DNA of 64,000 nt, from NCBI GenBank assembly GCA_965208155.1, contig OZ242322.1, positions 2,175,204 through 2,239,203 of the forward strand, read 5' to 3'. The notes beneath the pieces are model-generated. The model saw nothing but the letters and a program-made list of their open reading frames with translations, made no database searches and was not told the DNA's origin. A program made the position numbers and the translations under genes. This DNA comes from Thermodesulfobacteriota bacterium. Its GTDB lineage: Bacteria; Desulfobacterota_D; UBA1144; Nemesobacterales; Nemesobacteraceae. This document shows positions 48,206 through 58,968 of the stretch, piece after piece. Positions within the stretch are counted from its first letter, which is position 1; every line of letters starts with the position of its first letter.

Positions 48206-51200
48206 CTAAGAAGGTGGTTCTAACGATATCCGCCACGTGTTCAGTACTTGGCACTGATGATTCTCGCTTATCCGGTTAGTCAAGTACTCCAGAAGATCTT
48301 CCTGCCTCGGCTGACCGAAAACAAGACGATAAACAGCAAGCATTCTCTTGAGTCGGCGGAAATGCGGTTCTTCTTTGCTGTAGGGAAGAATCGGTACATG
48401 CCGTTCAATACTCGCGCCTTCCTTAAGTTCGTAAAGCCAATACGGGATTAAATCACTCGCCCCGGTTGGACGGTCTTTCTTTGCTAATTCAAACAGGCAA
48501 GACCATGGGTCGCCTTGCCTGTTCCATTTGCCCCTTAAGGCACTCAATCCATACGCCTTGGCTATGTTTTTTCGAACCGCATGTCCCTTGTATCGTTGGA
48601 TTCGTCCTTCCCTTTGCTCTAAATCAACAGGATTGCTCGGCAGGTTCCAGTGAATTACCGAATGACACCAAGTATGGAAATCCAAGCCTTCCTGCCCAAT
48701 GGACGTCGAGGCGAGAACAAACGGTCTGAACGGTGAGTTAAAAGCATCCCGCACGGCGTCAGCCCTAACGACAGCACCTCTGTCGTCTTTCAGTTCACCA
48801 AACCGCAAAGCAAATCGACACCGCGTGTTATAGTCTTTAAGCTCAATCTTCTGTGACTCCGGACGGACAATCACTTCATCTAGCTGTAACCGAGACGTGC
48901 GTATAGAGAGCGAGGAACCTATTGAATCGCCGATGGTTTCAACCCGTTCGGTCTCTGGCTCGTCAATAACGCCAAGAGACTCGACAAGGCAATGCACTTG
49001 TTCATCCAACAATGACTGGATATTTCCTTCAAGGCAATGCTGAAGCGAAAGCCTCCAGTAAGACTCATCTCGTCTGTTTCCTCGAAGAAGTGCAATGCTT
49101 TCCGGAAGATTAAACAAAGTTCGAAAACCTTCAGAAATCCGAACCGCACCACAAAGAAGTTCCGAAGAGTCCAAATTAAGCGAAGGAGATTGTCGCCGAA
49201 GCGCGCGCAAGGCGCAGACACTTGGCGCCGCCACGGCCATCAGGCTTAGAACCTGGAGAAGGTCCGCCGGGGGTCGTCCAAGTGGTGAATCGATAGCGTG
49301 ATCCATGGTCTGGCGAAAAAGTTCCAAATGTTCTCTCAGTCCTTCCACTCTATCACTCGAGTCCTCTTTTGCTATTGAAAACCACCCTTTTTCATCATCA
49401 AGAAGCCAATGCTTTATGTCGGGAAACCTCTTCCCGTCCAGAAGCGCTGGCGCCGCCCAGTACCATCGCTGATCCTCCGGTCCGCTGGCAGGAGCCTCAA
49501 CAAGCAACTGATTAAGTGACGGTCTGATAAGCTCCGCGGCACTATTGAGCAACTCTGCGGCCGAGATAAGCTTATCCTTCTGGTGAGATACAGCGATGAT
49601 CAAAGGGTCTATCAGCATCGCTAGAGCCGGACTCGGGTACATCAAAATCAGCACGGGCATTCCGGTCGGGCGGTTTTCTGAGCCGCGGGAGTATCGAAGA
49701 AGGGGGCGCAGTTCGTCATAGAGCTGATCGTGGGTAATTGGTTTACGTAAACCGGAAAGCATCTTCCGCTCCGCCTCGTACGAGCAGAGAGAAGCTATGG
49801 CGTCAGGAACAACGTTCCACGCGGAGAAGACCAGAGATTTCGTTATGTCAGGTATATCGGCATAAGAGCCACCGGGTCTGCTGTACGGCATAGAGGGCGG
49901 CAGCCAGAGAATTTTCCAGAGTCCCCGATTTATCGTGAGATCGAACAGGTTTCTCATCCTCGGATTGGACGGTGACACTTCCCGATATGATTGAATGTCA
50001 TCCTTGTGTAAAAGATGGTCTGCGTCTGCCCGCAAAGCCTCAATCAGTTCTTCTGGCGCATTCTCACACTGGGCTTCCAGTTTCTGGCGGAATTCATACC
50101 TCCTCAGAAAGTTTATGAGATAGGGGCTTGATTTCCAGTATTCGATGATGTCGCGCGCGCCGACGCTTGACGCGACCCTGTCGGCCAAAACAGCCCCGTG
50201 AATATCCCGTGGTTCCAACGCTACTTCTTGTGGAAATTCTGAGAACATGGCGTCGCGCGAAGGCGTCATGCCCACTCTTTCCGTACGGCACATCACCCTG
50301 ATGAGTTTTGACTGGAGAACATCACGAGCGTTTGATATAGCCGTATCGTCGTCAGATCCGAGAGAATAAAGAGACTGCCTGAATGCTTGGATGTCCCTTT
50401 TGATGCCGTCTATAACCGTCTGGGGATCAACCGACTCGGAATGAGAGAGAAATCCCAATGTCTTCAGAAAGTCTGGGTAATGGTCATCATCCCGTTCATG
50501 GTCAAGAGAAAGCATCTTGTACGGAGTGGCCGACAAAAGCAGCGTTTTGACATTCTCGTATTGAAACAGCTTGTGAGCCAGCCGGTTTTTGTGGTTTTGA
50601 GAGTCTTCTTGATTTTTGGGATCCAGCAGGCTCCTAAACCTCTGAAACTCATCGAGTATGATAAGATCCGGCTCAAGCATATCAATGCTCATCTCGGCAA
50701 GGCGAAACCGCAATTCCGAAACAAGCCAGAGCCGTTCAGGGTCACCCCAAAGAATCCGCCTTCTGGATCGCGCGCAGAAATTCTTAATTTTCTCGTAAAA
50801 CTCCCGGTCCTCGCTTACATTCTTTACGAACTCGTCACGGATATCCTTATCAAGGCTTTCAGGTTTCCATTTGCGTGTCCACCACCACCAGTTTTCATCA
50901 CTCACGCGGCACTGGAGCAGCCGCCTTAAGCCCGCGGGGCTAATATTCAGCCTGCCTTTCAGCAGAAAGTGTATCAGCGCTCGCTCTTTAACCTTTCCAT
51001 CTCTCGATCTGGGATCGAAGCTTGTTCCCGGCGTGAGGCTCACGTAATTTACGCGGTTCTTTCGAATATCGGAGATATCTATTGGGAGAAGGGAAAGACG
51101 TGTAGATCTTTCGAATTTCTGTTCTCCCGAAACATTAAGTCGACGGAGGTTTTGAGACGCGATGCTCATATTCGAGCAGACATAGACAATATCGATCCGA

Positions 51201-51412
51201 CCGACCTTCTTGGCGAGCAAGTGCTCAGTCGCAAGGGCGATAACGCCGCCGGCCACGAGGGTTTTTCCGAGTCCAACCTCATCCGCTACGAGAAAACGAT
51301 CCGTAGTTTCAGGATCTGTATAGAAACGGCGAAACACATATTCGGCGGTCCGCCGCTGAAAGTCCTTAAGTCTTCCGAGGACAAGCTTCGTTTTATGTGA
51401 TTTTCCCGTCAC
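48206..51412 (-). CDS. SNF2-like superfamily-2 helicase (1068 aa)
   Basis: N-terminal motif I DEVGLGKT, DExx box LILDEFQ, and C-terminal motifs V/VI (ASTSIGQEGLDFHTWCHSVIHWNLPSNPVDLEQREGRIQR). Confidence 0.7.
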   Translation of the reverse strand: MTGKSHKTKLVLGRLKDFQRRTAEYVFRRFYTDPETTDRFLVADEVGLGKTLVAGGVIALATEHLLAKKVGRIDIVYVCSNMSIASQNLRRLNVSGEQKFERSTRLSLLPIDISDIRKNRVNYVSLTPGTSFDPRSRDGKVKERALIHFLLKGRLNISPAGLRRLLQCRVSDENWWWWTRKWKPESLDKDIRDEFVKNVSEDREFYEKIKNFCARSRRRILWGDPERLWLVSELRFRLAEMSIDMLEPDLIILDEFQRFRSLLDPKNQEDSQNHKNRLAHKLFQYENVKTLLLSATPYKMLSLDHERDDDHYPDFLKTLGFLSHSESVDPQTVIDGIKRDIQAFRQSLYSLGSDDDTAISNARDVLQSKLIRVMCRTERVGMTPSRDAMFSEFPQEVALEPRDIHGAVLADRVASSVGARDIIEYWKSSPYLINFLRRYEFRQKLEAQCENAPEELIEALRADADHLLHKDDIQSYREVSPSNPRMRNLFDLTINRGLWKILWLPPSMPYSRPGGSYADIPDITKSLVFSAWNVVPDAIASLCSYEAERKMLSGLRKPITHDQLYDELRPLLRYSRGSENRPTGMPVLILMYPSPALAMLIDPLIIAVSHQKDKLISAAELLNSAAELIRPSLNQLLVEAPASGPEDQRWYWAAPALLDGKRFPDIKHWLLDDEKGWFSIAKEDSSDRVEGLREHLELFRQTMDHAIDSPLGRPPADLLQVLSLMAVAAPSVCALRALRRQSPSLNLDSSELLCGAVRISEGFRTLFNLPESIALLRGNRRDESYWRLSLQHCLEGNIQSLLDEQVHCLVESLGVIDEPETERVETIGDSIGSSLSIRTSRLQLDEVIVRPESQKIELKDYNTRCRFALRFGELKDDRGAVVRADAVRDAFNSPFRPFVLASTSIGQEGLDFHTWCHSVIHWNLPSNPVDLEQREGRIQRYKGHAVRKNIAKAYGLSALRGKWNRQGDPWSCLFELAKKDRPTGASDLIPYWLYELKEGASIERHVPILPYSKEEPHFRRLKRMLAVYRLVFGQPRQEDLLEYLTNRISENHQCQVLNTWRISLEPPS

Positions 51413-53223
51413 TTGCCAGCCTCCTCCATGGCGGTTTCAAAGACTTCCCATAATCTCAGGAATTCCGGAGGAACAGAAGACGGTTTTGTCTGGTCGCTCG
51501 TAAGGCGCTTCACAACGGATTTCACCTCTTTTAGCTTATCGGGACCGCGGCTGAAAGCCCTTACGAGTTCCTCGAGTATCGCGGTATCCCCCAAGAAGTC
51601 ATCTGCAAGGGGACCGGTGGTTCCCTTCCTGCTGAAAATATCTCTGCCGCTAAAAAAACCGCCCGCGTATTCACTGAGCAGTAAAAGAACGTAACGGAGA
51701 AAACCCTCTTTGTTTTTCAAAACAAGTCTGAAAATTGCATCATCCCGGTTCTCCGGAAAACCGGTCACCGGAAGGTTAAGCACTATCCGCAAAGATATCT
51801 TCTTGTTGATTCCAGCCACGAATTCAAAGGCGATAAGTCCTGTAACGGATTCTGTGGCGAACCTCTCTAACTCAACAACCTGAGAGCTATTAAACCCGTA
51901 CGCATCTGACGCCCGATCCTCTGATACGGTAATTGGCCAGGCTTTTAGCTGGGATACCCCCGAAAGCACAATTTGCTTAGAGGAGACAAGCGTAAGTCGC
52001 CAAGCATCTGCGTCTGCTTCGCAGACGACCTTTAATTCTGCTGCGACCAACAAGTCTCTTGCCCCTTCAAGCGCTTTTCGCGCACGAGCTTCCTCATTTC
52101 CTGGCGTAGGAGGTTCCTGTGGAACATAGTCTGAGAGAACCGGACCGAGACCCTCTTCGCCTAAAAGAGTTTCAATATCCCCGACGCGGCTTTTTCTTCC
52201 GACAAGTTCCACCAGTATCTCGGTATTGCTTCGCTTTATAAGAGCTGCAGTTGTGGCGTTGGCTGAACCAATATAGAGCCTTGTTCGAAAGCCCTTTTCA
52301 ACCACGTACGCCTTAGCATGAAGACCAAAGGTATCCCGATTGTCCAACTCCTCACCGTCTTCAGTTTCTGCGGCTTCATCAAGTGTGAACCGCTTCCCAG
52401 ATAATTCCAAAGTATCGGGTGCAAGTCGGTTGAATTCTTCAGGTCTGGAGATAATGGTAACCAGATTTTCTGTTTGCTTACTTAGCCATAAAAGAGCAGC
52501 GTCAGTTACAAATGGGGAGATAACAGCCATCTGTCTTGATCGTGGCGGCACCCACTGCTTTCTGGGTGTTCCCATGATATGAAAAGACACCTCCTCGAAT
52601 TCACCGGGCAGTTCCCATACAGTTTTCCTGACTTCTTCCGCAAGTTTTTCGGCCCGCAATTTCGCTGATTCCGATACCTTCTGAGTGGCAATTGACGGTA
52701 AGGATCGCAGAAATTCACCCAATGGCCGATTAGCGGCGATAAATCGTCTGCTCGGTCGTCCATCGAGTTGAAGTGAGATGTCCCATGAGCGGTCATACGT
52801 GATGTTTCGCGACAGGACAAGGAGTCTTATCAAAGGAGGCTCATCAAGCTCAGGCTGAATGAAACGAAGCACCCATATTTTGGGATGGAATACCCCTCCT
52901 CTCGGTGCTTCGACCTGCTCGATCATGGGTTCGAGCAAACCGTAAAGTACTTTGTTTTCAGAGGGAATCTTTATTCCGTTACGATCCACGTAAACACTTA
53001 AACGGCCCGAGAGTCGACGGAGGGATTCAAGAAGCCTTATCGGATCAACCTGATCCGCAGATGGGCCCTGCCCTAAAGCGAGATGCACCGACAGTAAAAG
53101 CAGCGTGTCCGGATCAAGGGAGTAGGTGGTCGCTATCGCCTGGTCAAAAATGTATCCCGGTGGCGGGGTAACGGCCTCCGTGTAAAGGCTTCTGGAGTCA
53201 GGGCTTAGCACCATTTCCTCCAT
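51409..53223 (-). CDS. Phospholipase-D-family nuclease with two HKD motifs
   Basis: HPKIWVLRF near the N-terminus. A central HAKAYVVE...GSANAT (HxK...GSxN). Overlaps the helicase start by 4 nt. Confidence 0.7.
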   Translation of the reverse strand: MEEMVLSPDSRSLYTEAVTPPPGYIFDQAIATTYSLDPDTLLLLSVHLALGQGPSADQVDPIRLLESLRRLSGRLSVYVDRNGIKIPSENKVLYGLLEPMIEQVEAPRGGVFHPKIWVLRFIQPELDEPPLIRLLVLSRNITYDRSWDISLQLDGRPSRRFIAANRPLGEFLRSLPSIATQKVSESAKLRAEKLAEEVRKTVWELPGEFEEVSFHIMGTPRKQWVPPRSRQMAVISPFVTDAALLWLSKQTENLVTIISRPEEFNRLAPDTLELSGKRFTLDEAAETEDGEELDNRDTFGLHAKAYVVEKGFRTRLYIGSANATTAALIKRSNTEILVELVGRKSRVGDIETLLGEEGLGPVLSDYVPQEPPTPGNEEARARKALEGARDLLVAAELKVVCEADADAWRLTLVSSKQIVLSGVSQLKAWPITVSEDRASDAYGFNSSQVVELERFATESVTGLIAFEFVAGINKKISLRIVLNLPVTGFPENRDDAIFRLVLKNKEGFLRYVLLLLSEYAGGFFSGRDIFSRKGTTGPLADDFLGDTAILEELVRAFSRGPDKLKEVKSVVKRLTSDQTKPSSVPPEFLRLWEVFETAMEEAGK

Positions 53224-54415
53224 TTAAGCCCGCGTGGAGATCCGAGAGCAGTGTTTTAACGTTACCCCAGCGGTATTCCATCTGCCTGACTCCTGAATTT
53301 CCTCTCCACTGGTCAAGTGCCCTTTCATTCACAAAGCGGGAACGAACGTTTTTAAGGCGCCGTTCGCGGTTTTCGACAAGCATCCTGCTCTCAGGATCAT
53401 CGGCGACATCACCCTGAGTTTTCAAGACGCGACGACACCAGGCTGAGACAAAATTCATCGCCTGCGAGGTTATAGTATGTCCCTGACCAGAAGTAAGTTC
53501 CCAGAGTCCTCCAAGCGGAAGACCTATGTGCTGGCAGTTTTGCAGATCAACCTTCCACTTATCAAGATTGCCCCGATGCTTATCTTTGAGTTCCCCACGG
53601 TCCGAAAGCTCCGCCAGCATAAGATTATAAAGAAAAGCGGCGCCATGCATTATTACAGAGAAAAACTCCGCGTAGTCCAGCAAGTCCTTTTGGACAGCGG
53701 AAAAGTTATCCCTGTCCGGATGTTCCCACGGAAACTCGCAATCAACAGGCTCGCACTTCTGTGCCAAATGGGTGAGCAAACTCTCTTTATGAGATTCCAA
53801 GAGACGGTCAAGCAAGAAGCTTGCCTCCTCATATTCCAAAGTGAAACTCAAGTTCTGGATGTCATAGGGGAAATTGCTTGGCGGTTCAGGCAGGCGTGGA
53901 TGCCATATACTAGCCTCTGAAAAACCATTTTTCCCTTCTCCACCACTGGCAGAGATCTCAATCCGCTTGTACAGTTTGTCCACGTGGCTTTGATATTCAT
54001 CCTGCGAACACTCGATCCGACGAATGCCCCACACCCCAAGACCGTTCCAGTAGACTGAGCTTGGCAGTCGCTTCACTGCTTTCCCTGCTACTTTTCCGAA
54101 AACACCTGCATGATCAGAACTTTCCAGAAGGGGACCGATCAAAGTCGTCTCCATTTGGCGGGCTTTTATAGCGAAAACTGGTGGGAGCACGCGTTTTTTT
54201 TCGAGTTCTCTATAAACCCAGGGAACAAAAACCATGTACCGAAGACGGGTCTGGATCGTGCTCGTACCGGGAAATAGCCTGTCCGCAAACGAATCCCTGA
54301 TAGCACCCAGTCCAAGTTCCTCTCGACTATCTCTCTCTTGGAAAAGCGCCAAGATGCGAAGAGTCCGCTCCCTAGCGACCGGGTCGTGGTCTATCCATGT
54401 CAATGTGGACGGCAT
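53198..54415 (-). CDS. Hypothetical 405-aa protein, first gene of the PLD/helicase operon
   Basis: Long ORF that overlaps the PLD gene by 26 nt. No family recognised by eye. Confidence 0.4.
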   Translation of the reverse strand: MPSTLTWIDHDPVARERTLRILALFQERDSREELGLGAIRDSFADRLFPGTSTIQTRLRYMVFVPWVYRELEKKRVLPPVFAIKARQMETTLIGPLLESSDHAGVFGKVAGKAVKRLPSSVYWNGLGVWGIRRIECSQDEYQSHVDKLYKRIEISASGGEGKNGFSEASIWHPRLPEPPSNFPYDIQNLSFTLEYEEASFLLDRLLESHKESLLTHLAQKCEPVDCEFPWEHPDRDNFSAVQKDLLDYAEFFSVIMHGAAFLYNLMLAELSDRGELKDKHRGNLDKWKVDLQNCQHIGLPLGGLWELTSGQGHTITSQAMNFVSAWCRRVLKTQGDVADDPESRMLVENRERRLKNVRSRFVNERALDQWRGNSGVRQMEYRWGNVKTLLSDLHAGLNGGNGAKP

Positions 54416-54728
54416 TTCCTCAATCCTCCGTTCTATCCCCTTTCACCATTGTTATTGGGTATAAGCAAAAAAAGCTTTAGGAAAAAGGAATAAAAATGCT
54501 TAGAAAAGAAATTTGAGGTGTCGCCTGGTCACCTCTGGAATATGCGAGGAGGGCTGCCTCCATCTCCTACGGAACTTTTGGGGTCCAGGATTCCTCTCAA
54601 CAATCGCGACAGTATATTTTGCCGCATACTCTTAATAGTGGAATTTACCGAATGATTAACAGGAATCAATAGAAATTGTCCCAGTTTGCCACTCTTAGTA
54701 TAAGAAAAGTGATCAAACCACCTTTGTC

Positions 54729-54756
54729 GTTTGATCAAACCATTTTTGCAACCATA
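54729..54756. repeat. Right copy of the 28-bp imperfect direct repeat (24/28 identical to 48173-48200)
   Basis: gtttgatcaaaccatttttgcaaccata versus gcttgatcaaatcatctttgcaaccaca. Confidence 0.6.
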
Positions 54757-54962
54757 CTTGGGCTTCCTCGAAATAGTTTCTCGGCAGTAGTGATATTTTC
54801 CCCTCTGCGGTTAAAATGATTTTCCGAATCCGGGCTTCCGCTTTAGGTCCAAAGCACCGTTTTGAGCGTCTGAGGCCGGATTTTCGATAGCAAGAACAGC
54901 GTGGTTGCTCCATGTTGAAAATTTTCCCCGCGGCCCCGCTTCGCCGCGTTTTGTATGGATAC

Positions 54963-57632
54963 ATGGAAGAAGATCCTCAAATATCGGAAGAAGAAGCAGA
55001 AGATCGGGAATGGATCGAATCGCTTGAATACGTGATCGAGAATTCCGGCCGCGAGAGAGCAAGCGACCTGCTTCGGAAGCTCAGAATATACTCCCAGAAA
55101 AAAGGCGTTAAGATCCCCTACGCCGCAAATACCCCTTACGTAAACACCATTTCCCTCGAGGACCAGCCCCTATACCCCGGCAACTACGAAATAGAGCGCA
55201 ACATAAGAAGCATAATAAGGTGGAACGCCATGGCCCTGGTCGTGCGCGCAAACAGGATAAGTGACGGAATCGGCGGACACATTTCCACCTATGCATCAGC
55301 CGCCACGCTCTACGAGATAGGTTTCCACCATTTTTTCAGGGCCGGCGGCGAGAACAGGGAAGGGGACATAATCTACTTCCAGGGCCACGCTTCGCCGGGC
55401 ATATACGCAAGGGCGTTTCTCGAAGGCTCGGTATCTATCGAGCAGATGCGGAATTTCAGAAGGGAGATTGGCGGAGACGGTCTTTCTTCCTACCCCCATC
55501 CCTGGCTCATGCCGGACTTCTGGGAGTTCCCGACGGTCTCAATGGGGCTCTCCCCCATAATGGCGATTTATCAGGCCCGTTTTAACAGGTACCTCGAGGA
55601 CAGGGGCCTCAAGCCCAGGACCGACGCCAAGGTGTGGGCCTTTATAGGGGACGGGGAAACGGACGAGCCCGAAACCCTGGGGGCCATCACCCTTGCGTCA
55701 AGGGAGAAACTCGACAACCTCATATTCGTGATCAACTGCAACCTCCAGCGCCTAGACGGCCCCGTGAGGGGAAACGGCAAGATAATACAGGAGCTTGAGA
55801 GAATCTTCAGGGGGGCCGGGTGGAACGTGATAAAGGTTGTCTGGGGAGGAACTTGGGATCCGATCCTGGCGCAGGATAAAGACGGCTTCCTGGTAGAGAG
55901 GATGGAGGCGGCCCTTGACGGCGATTACCAGAGGTACACCATATCTCCGGGGAAGTACATAAGGGAGCATTTTTTCGGCACCCGCCCGGAAATCTTCGAG
56001 ATGGTCGAGGGGCACTCAGACGAGCAGCTTGAGAAACTCGCAAGAGGAGGCCACGATTCAGAGAAGGTCTATGCCGCCTACAAGGCCGCGGTTGAGAACA
56101 CCGGTTCTCCCACCGTGATTCTCGCAAAGACCATAAAGGGCTACGGCCTCGGGGAGGCGGGGGAGGGCAAGAACATAACCCACCAGCAGAAAAAGTTAAA
56201 CGAAGAGGAGCTAAAGCGTTTCAGGACCCGATTCTACATACCGATTACGGACAAGGAGATCAGAAGAGCTCCCTTCTACAGACCCGCTCCCGACAGCCCC
56301 GAGATGAAATATCTCCGCGAGAGAAGGGAGACCCTAGGCGGACCCATCCCCAAGCGGGTCGTGCGCGCCAAGCCCCTTGAAAAGATTCCGGAGAAAGTGT
56401 TTGAGGATTTCAAAAAGCCCTCGGGTTCCAAGAGAAAAGTGGCAACTACCATGGTAATCGTCCACATGCTCTCAAGACTCATGCGGGACAAGGATATAGG
56501 AGATCTGATAGTCCCAATAGTTCCTGACGAGGCTAGAACTTTCGGGATGGAGGCGCTTTTCAGGCAGGTGGGCATCTACTCAAGCGTGGGACAACTCTAC
56601 GAACCGGTCGACGCGGACACCCTCCTTTACTACAAGGAGGCAAAGGACGGACAGATCCTTGAAGAAGGCATAACCGAGGCGGGCAGCATGTCTTCCTTCA
56701 TCGCAGCCGGCACTGCCTACTCGACCCACGGCATAAACACCATCCCGTTTTTCATTTACTACTCCATGTTCGGGTTTCAGAGGATAGGGGACCTTATCTG
56801 GGCCGCCGCCGACATGAAATGCAGGGGCTTCATGGTGGGGGGCACCGCGGGGCGGACCACCCTTGCGGGCGAGGGTCTTCAGCACCAGGACGGAAACAGC
56901 CATCATTTCGCCTACGCGTATCCCAACCTGCGGGCCTACGACCCGGCTTTTTCCTACGAGATAGCGGTGATAGTCAGGGACGGGATAAAAAGGATGTACC
57001 AGGATGGGGAGGAGATATTTTACTACATAACGGTGATGAACGAGCGCTACGTGCAGCCCGCAATGCCTGAGGGGGTCGAGGAAGGTATAATAAGAGGGAT
57101 GTACAGGTTCGCCCCTTCGCAGATCGAGGACTCGGGGAAAAAGGTCCATCTTTTCGGAAGCGGGGCGATCATGAACGAGATTCTCTGGGCAAAAGAGGTC
57201 CTTGAGAGCGGCTACGGCGTTCCGACCGACGTCTGGAGCGTAACGAGCTACAAGGCGCTTTACGATGACGCAAAGGAGACAGAGAGGTGGAACCGCCTCA
57301 ATCCCGGGGAGAAGAGAAGAAAAAACTACATTTCGGAGTGCATGGAAGGGGAAGACGGGGTATTTATTGCCGCGACTGATTACTTAAAAAGCCTTCCCGA
57401 TTCCGTTTCCGCCCACTTCCCCAAACCTCTTGTTTCCCTGGGAACTGACGGGTTCGGAAGAAGCGACACTCGCGAGGCGCTTCGCGACTTTTTCGAGGTC
57501 GACTACCGCCACATCGCGATCGCGGCCCTTTACGAGCTTTACAGGGAAGGCAGGATCGATGAGAAAACCGTCAATGAGGCGATAAGCGAATTTGGAATTG
57601 ACCGGGGAAAGCCAAGCCCCTCGGTCTCGTGA
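54963..57632 (+). CDS. aceE: Pyruvate dehydrogenase E1 component, homodimeric type
   Basis: Aligns end to end with E. coli AceE (YPGNYEIERNIRSIIRWNAMA..., ThDP-binding region). Start chosen at the internal MEEDPQ by that alignment. Confidence 0.9.
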   Translation: MEEDPQISEEEAEDREWIESLEYVIENSGRERASDLLRKLRIYSQKKGVKIPYAANTPYVNTISLEDQPLYPGNYEIERNIRSIIRWNAMALVVRANRISDGIGGHISTYASAATLYEIGFHHFFRAGGENREGDIIYFQGHASPGIYARAFLEGSVSIEQMRNFRREIGGDGLSSYPHPWLMPDFWEFPTVSMGLSPIMAIYQARFNRYLEDRGLKPRTDAKVWAFIGDGETDEPETLGAITLASREKLDNLIFVINCNLQRLDGPVRGNGKIIQELERIFRGAGWNVIKVVWGGTWDPILAQDKDGFLVERMEAALDGDYQRYTISPGKYIREHFFGTRPEIFEMVEGHSDEQLEKLARGGHDSEKVYAAYKAAVENTGSPTVILAKTIKGYGLGEAGEGKNITHQQKKLNEEELKRFRTRFYIPITDKEIRRAPFYRPAPDSPEMKYLRERRETLGGPIPKRVVRAKPLEKIPEKVFEDFKKPSGSKRKVATTMVIVHMLSRLMRDKDIGDLIVPIVPDEARTFGMEALFRQVGIYSSVGQLYEPVDADTLLYYKEAKDGQILEEGITEAGSMSSFIAAGTAYSTHGINTIPFFIYYSMFGFQRIGDLIWAAADMKCRGFMVGGTAGRTTLAGEGLQHQDGNSHHFAYAYPNLRAYDPAFSYEIAVIVRDGIKRMYQDGEEIFYYITVMNERYVQPAMPEGVEEGIIRGMYRFAPSQIEDSGKKVHLFGSGAIMNEILWAKEVLESGYGVPTDVWSVTSYKALYDDAKETERWNRLNPGEKRRKNYISECMEGEDGVFIAATDYLKSLPDSVSAHFPKPLVSLGTDGFGRSDTREALRDFFEVDYRHIAIAALYELYREGRIDEKTVNEAISEFGIDRGKPSPSVS

Positions 57633-57645
57633 CGAGGAACACAAA

Positions 57646-58962
57646 TTGATAGAGTTCAAACTTCCCGAACTTGGAGAAGGAATTGAATCCGGGCAGGTGA
57701 TAGAGGTCCTAGTCGCGCCCGGAGACAGGGTCTCGCTTGAGCAGCCCTTGCTTGAAGTGGAAACTGACAAGGCCGCGGTTGAGATTCCTTCCCCCGCCGA
57801 CGGAACGATTGTCGACGTCCTGGTAAGCGCCGGGGACACCGTGGTGATAAACGAGGTCTTGGTAAGGATAAACGGCGACTCAGAGGACAAAGAGCCCGCT
57901 TCAGGGGAACCCGATGCCTCGGCGGCGGTTAAAGAGGCAGAAGAGGAAAGCCTTACCGCAGCGGAAAAACCTGTCCCAGAGGCAAAACCGGCAAAGGAAG
58001 AAAGAAAGCCTTCTCCACCGAGAACCCCCAGCGTAGAGGGCACAGCACCGTCTGGTCCCCTTAAAGTGGCCGCGGCGCCTTCTGTGAGGCGCCTTGCGAG
58101 GGAGCTTGGCGTTGAGCTCGGCTCCGTTTCGGGAACCGGTCCCCGCGGGAGAATCCTTGAGCGAGACGTAAAGGCCCACGCAAAGGCCATAATAAGGTCC
58201 GCTTCCTCGGCCCAGGCGGCGCCAGCAGAACCCGAGCTTCCCGATTTTTCAAGATGGGGAGAGACGGTTACCGAGAGTTTCTCGACCGTGAGGAAGCTTA
58301 CGGCCGAGCGGCTTTCCCAGGCATGGGCGGCCCCGCACGTAACGCAGTTTGACAAGGCGGACGCCACACGGCTTGAGGAGCTTAGAAAGCTCAACAAGGA
58401 GAAGGTGGCCGAAGCCGGGGGGAACCTTACCGTAACAGCGATTCTGGTAAAGGCCCTTTCCCGGGCGCTTTCTGAATTTCCGAAGTTTAATTCAAGCATA
58501 CATATGGGCAGTCGCACGATCGTTTACAAAAAATATGTAAACATAGGGGTTGCGGTGGATACGGAAAGGGGACTTCTTGTCCCGGTGATAAGGGATGTCG
58601 ACAAAAAGGATATAACGCAGATATCGGTTGAGTTAACCGATATCTCTTCCCGGGCGAGGGAGAAGAGACTTTCCGCCGACAGGCTTCAGGGAGGCTCCTT
58701 CACCATAACCAATTTGGGGGGAATAGGGGGAACATTCTTCACACCGATTCTCAATCCGCCCGAGGTGGCCATACTGGGAGTATCGAGATCCTCCTTTGAG
58801 CCCGCGTACGTAGACGGAGAGTTTGTGCCGAGATTTATGCTGCCGCTTTCGCTTTCCTACGACCACAGGATTATAGACGGGGCGGAGGCTGCCAGGTTTC
58901 TAAGATGGCTCTGCGAGATGCTTGAGCGCTCTCCCGAGAGCATCTTTGAGCAGGCGGTGTAG
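57646..58962 (+). CDS. aceF: Dihydrolipoamide acetyltransferase (E2)
   Basis: TTG start after RBS. Lipoyl domain (IEFKLPELGEG...ETDKA), PSBD, and catalytic domain with DHRIIDG. Confidence 0.85.
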   Translation: MIEFKLPELGEGIESGQVIEVLVAPGDRVSLEQPLLEVETDKAAVEIPSPADGTIVDVLVSAGDTVVINEVLVRINGDSEDKEPASGEPDASAAVKEAEEESLTAAEKPVPEAKPAKEERKPSPPRTPSVEGTAPSGPLKVAAAPSVRRLARELGVELGSVSGTGPRGRILERDVKAHAKAIIRSASSAQAAPAEPELPDFSRWGETVTESFSTVRKLTAERLSQAWAAPHVTQFDKADATRLEELRKLNKEKVAEAGGNLTVTAILVKALSRALSEFPKFNSSIHMGSRTIVYKKYVNIGVAVDTERGLLVPVIRDVDKKDITQISVELTDISSRAREKRLSADRLQGGSFTITNLGGIGGTFFTPILNPPEVAILGVSRSSFEPAYVDGEFVPRFMLPLSLSYDHRIIDGAEAARFLRWLCEMLERSPESIFEQAV

Positions 58963-58968
58963 CAGACA

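Noticed and set aside
57384-58517. 377-aa minus-strand ORF (Ser/Ala-rich) opposite aceF
   Set aside because: Antisense to a strongly supported E2 gene. The composition bias is typical of the GC-rich Ala/Pro linker region read backwards.
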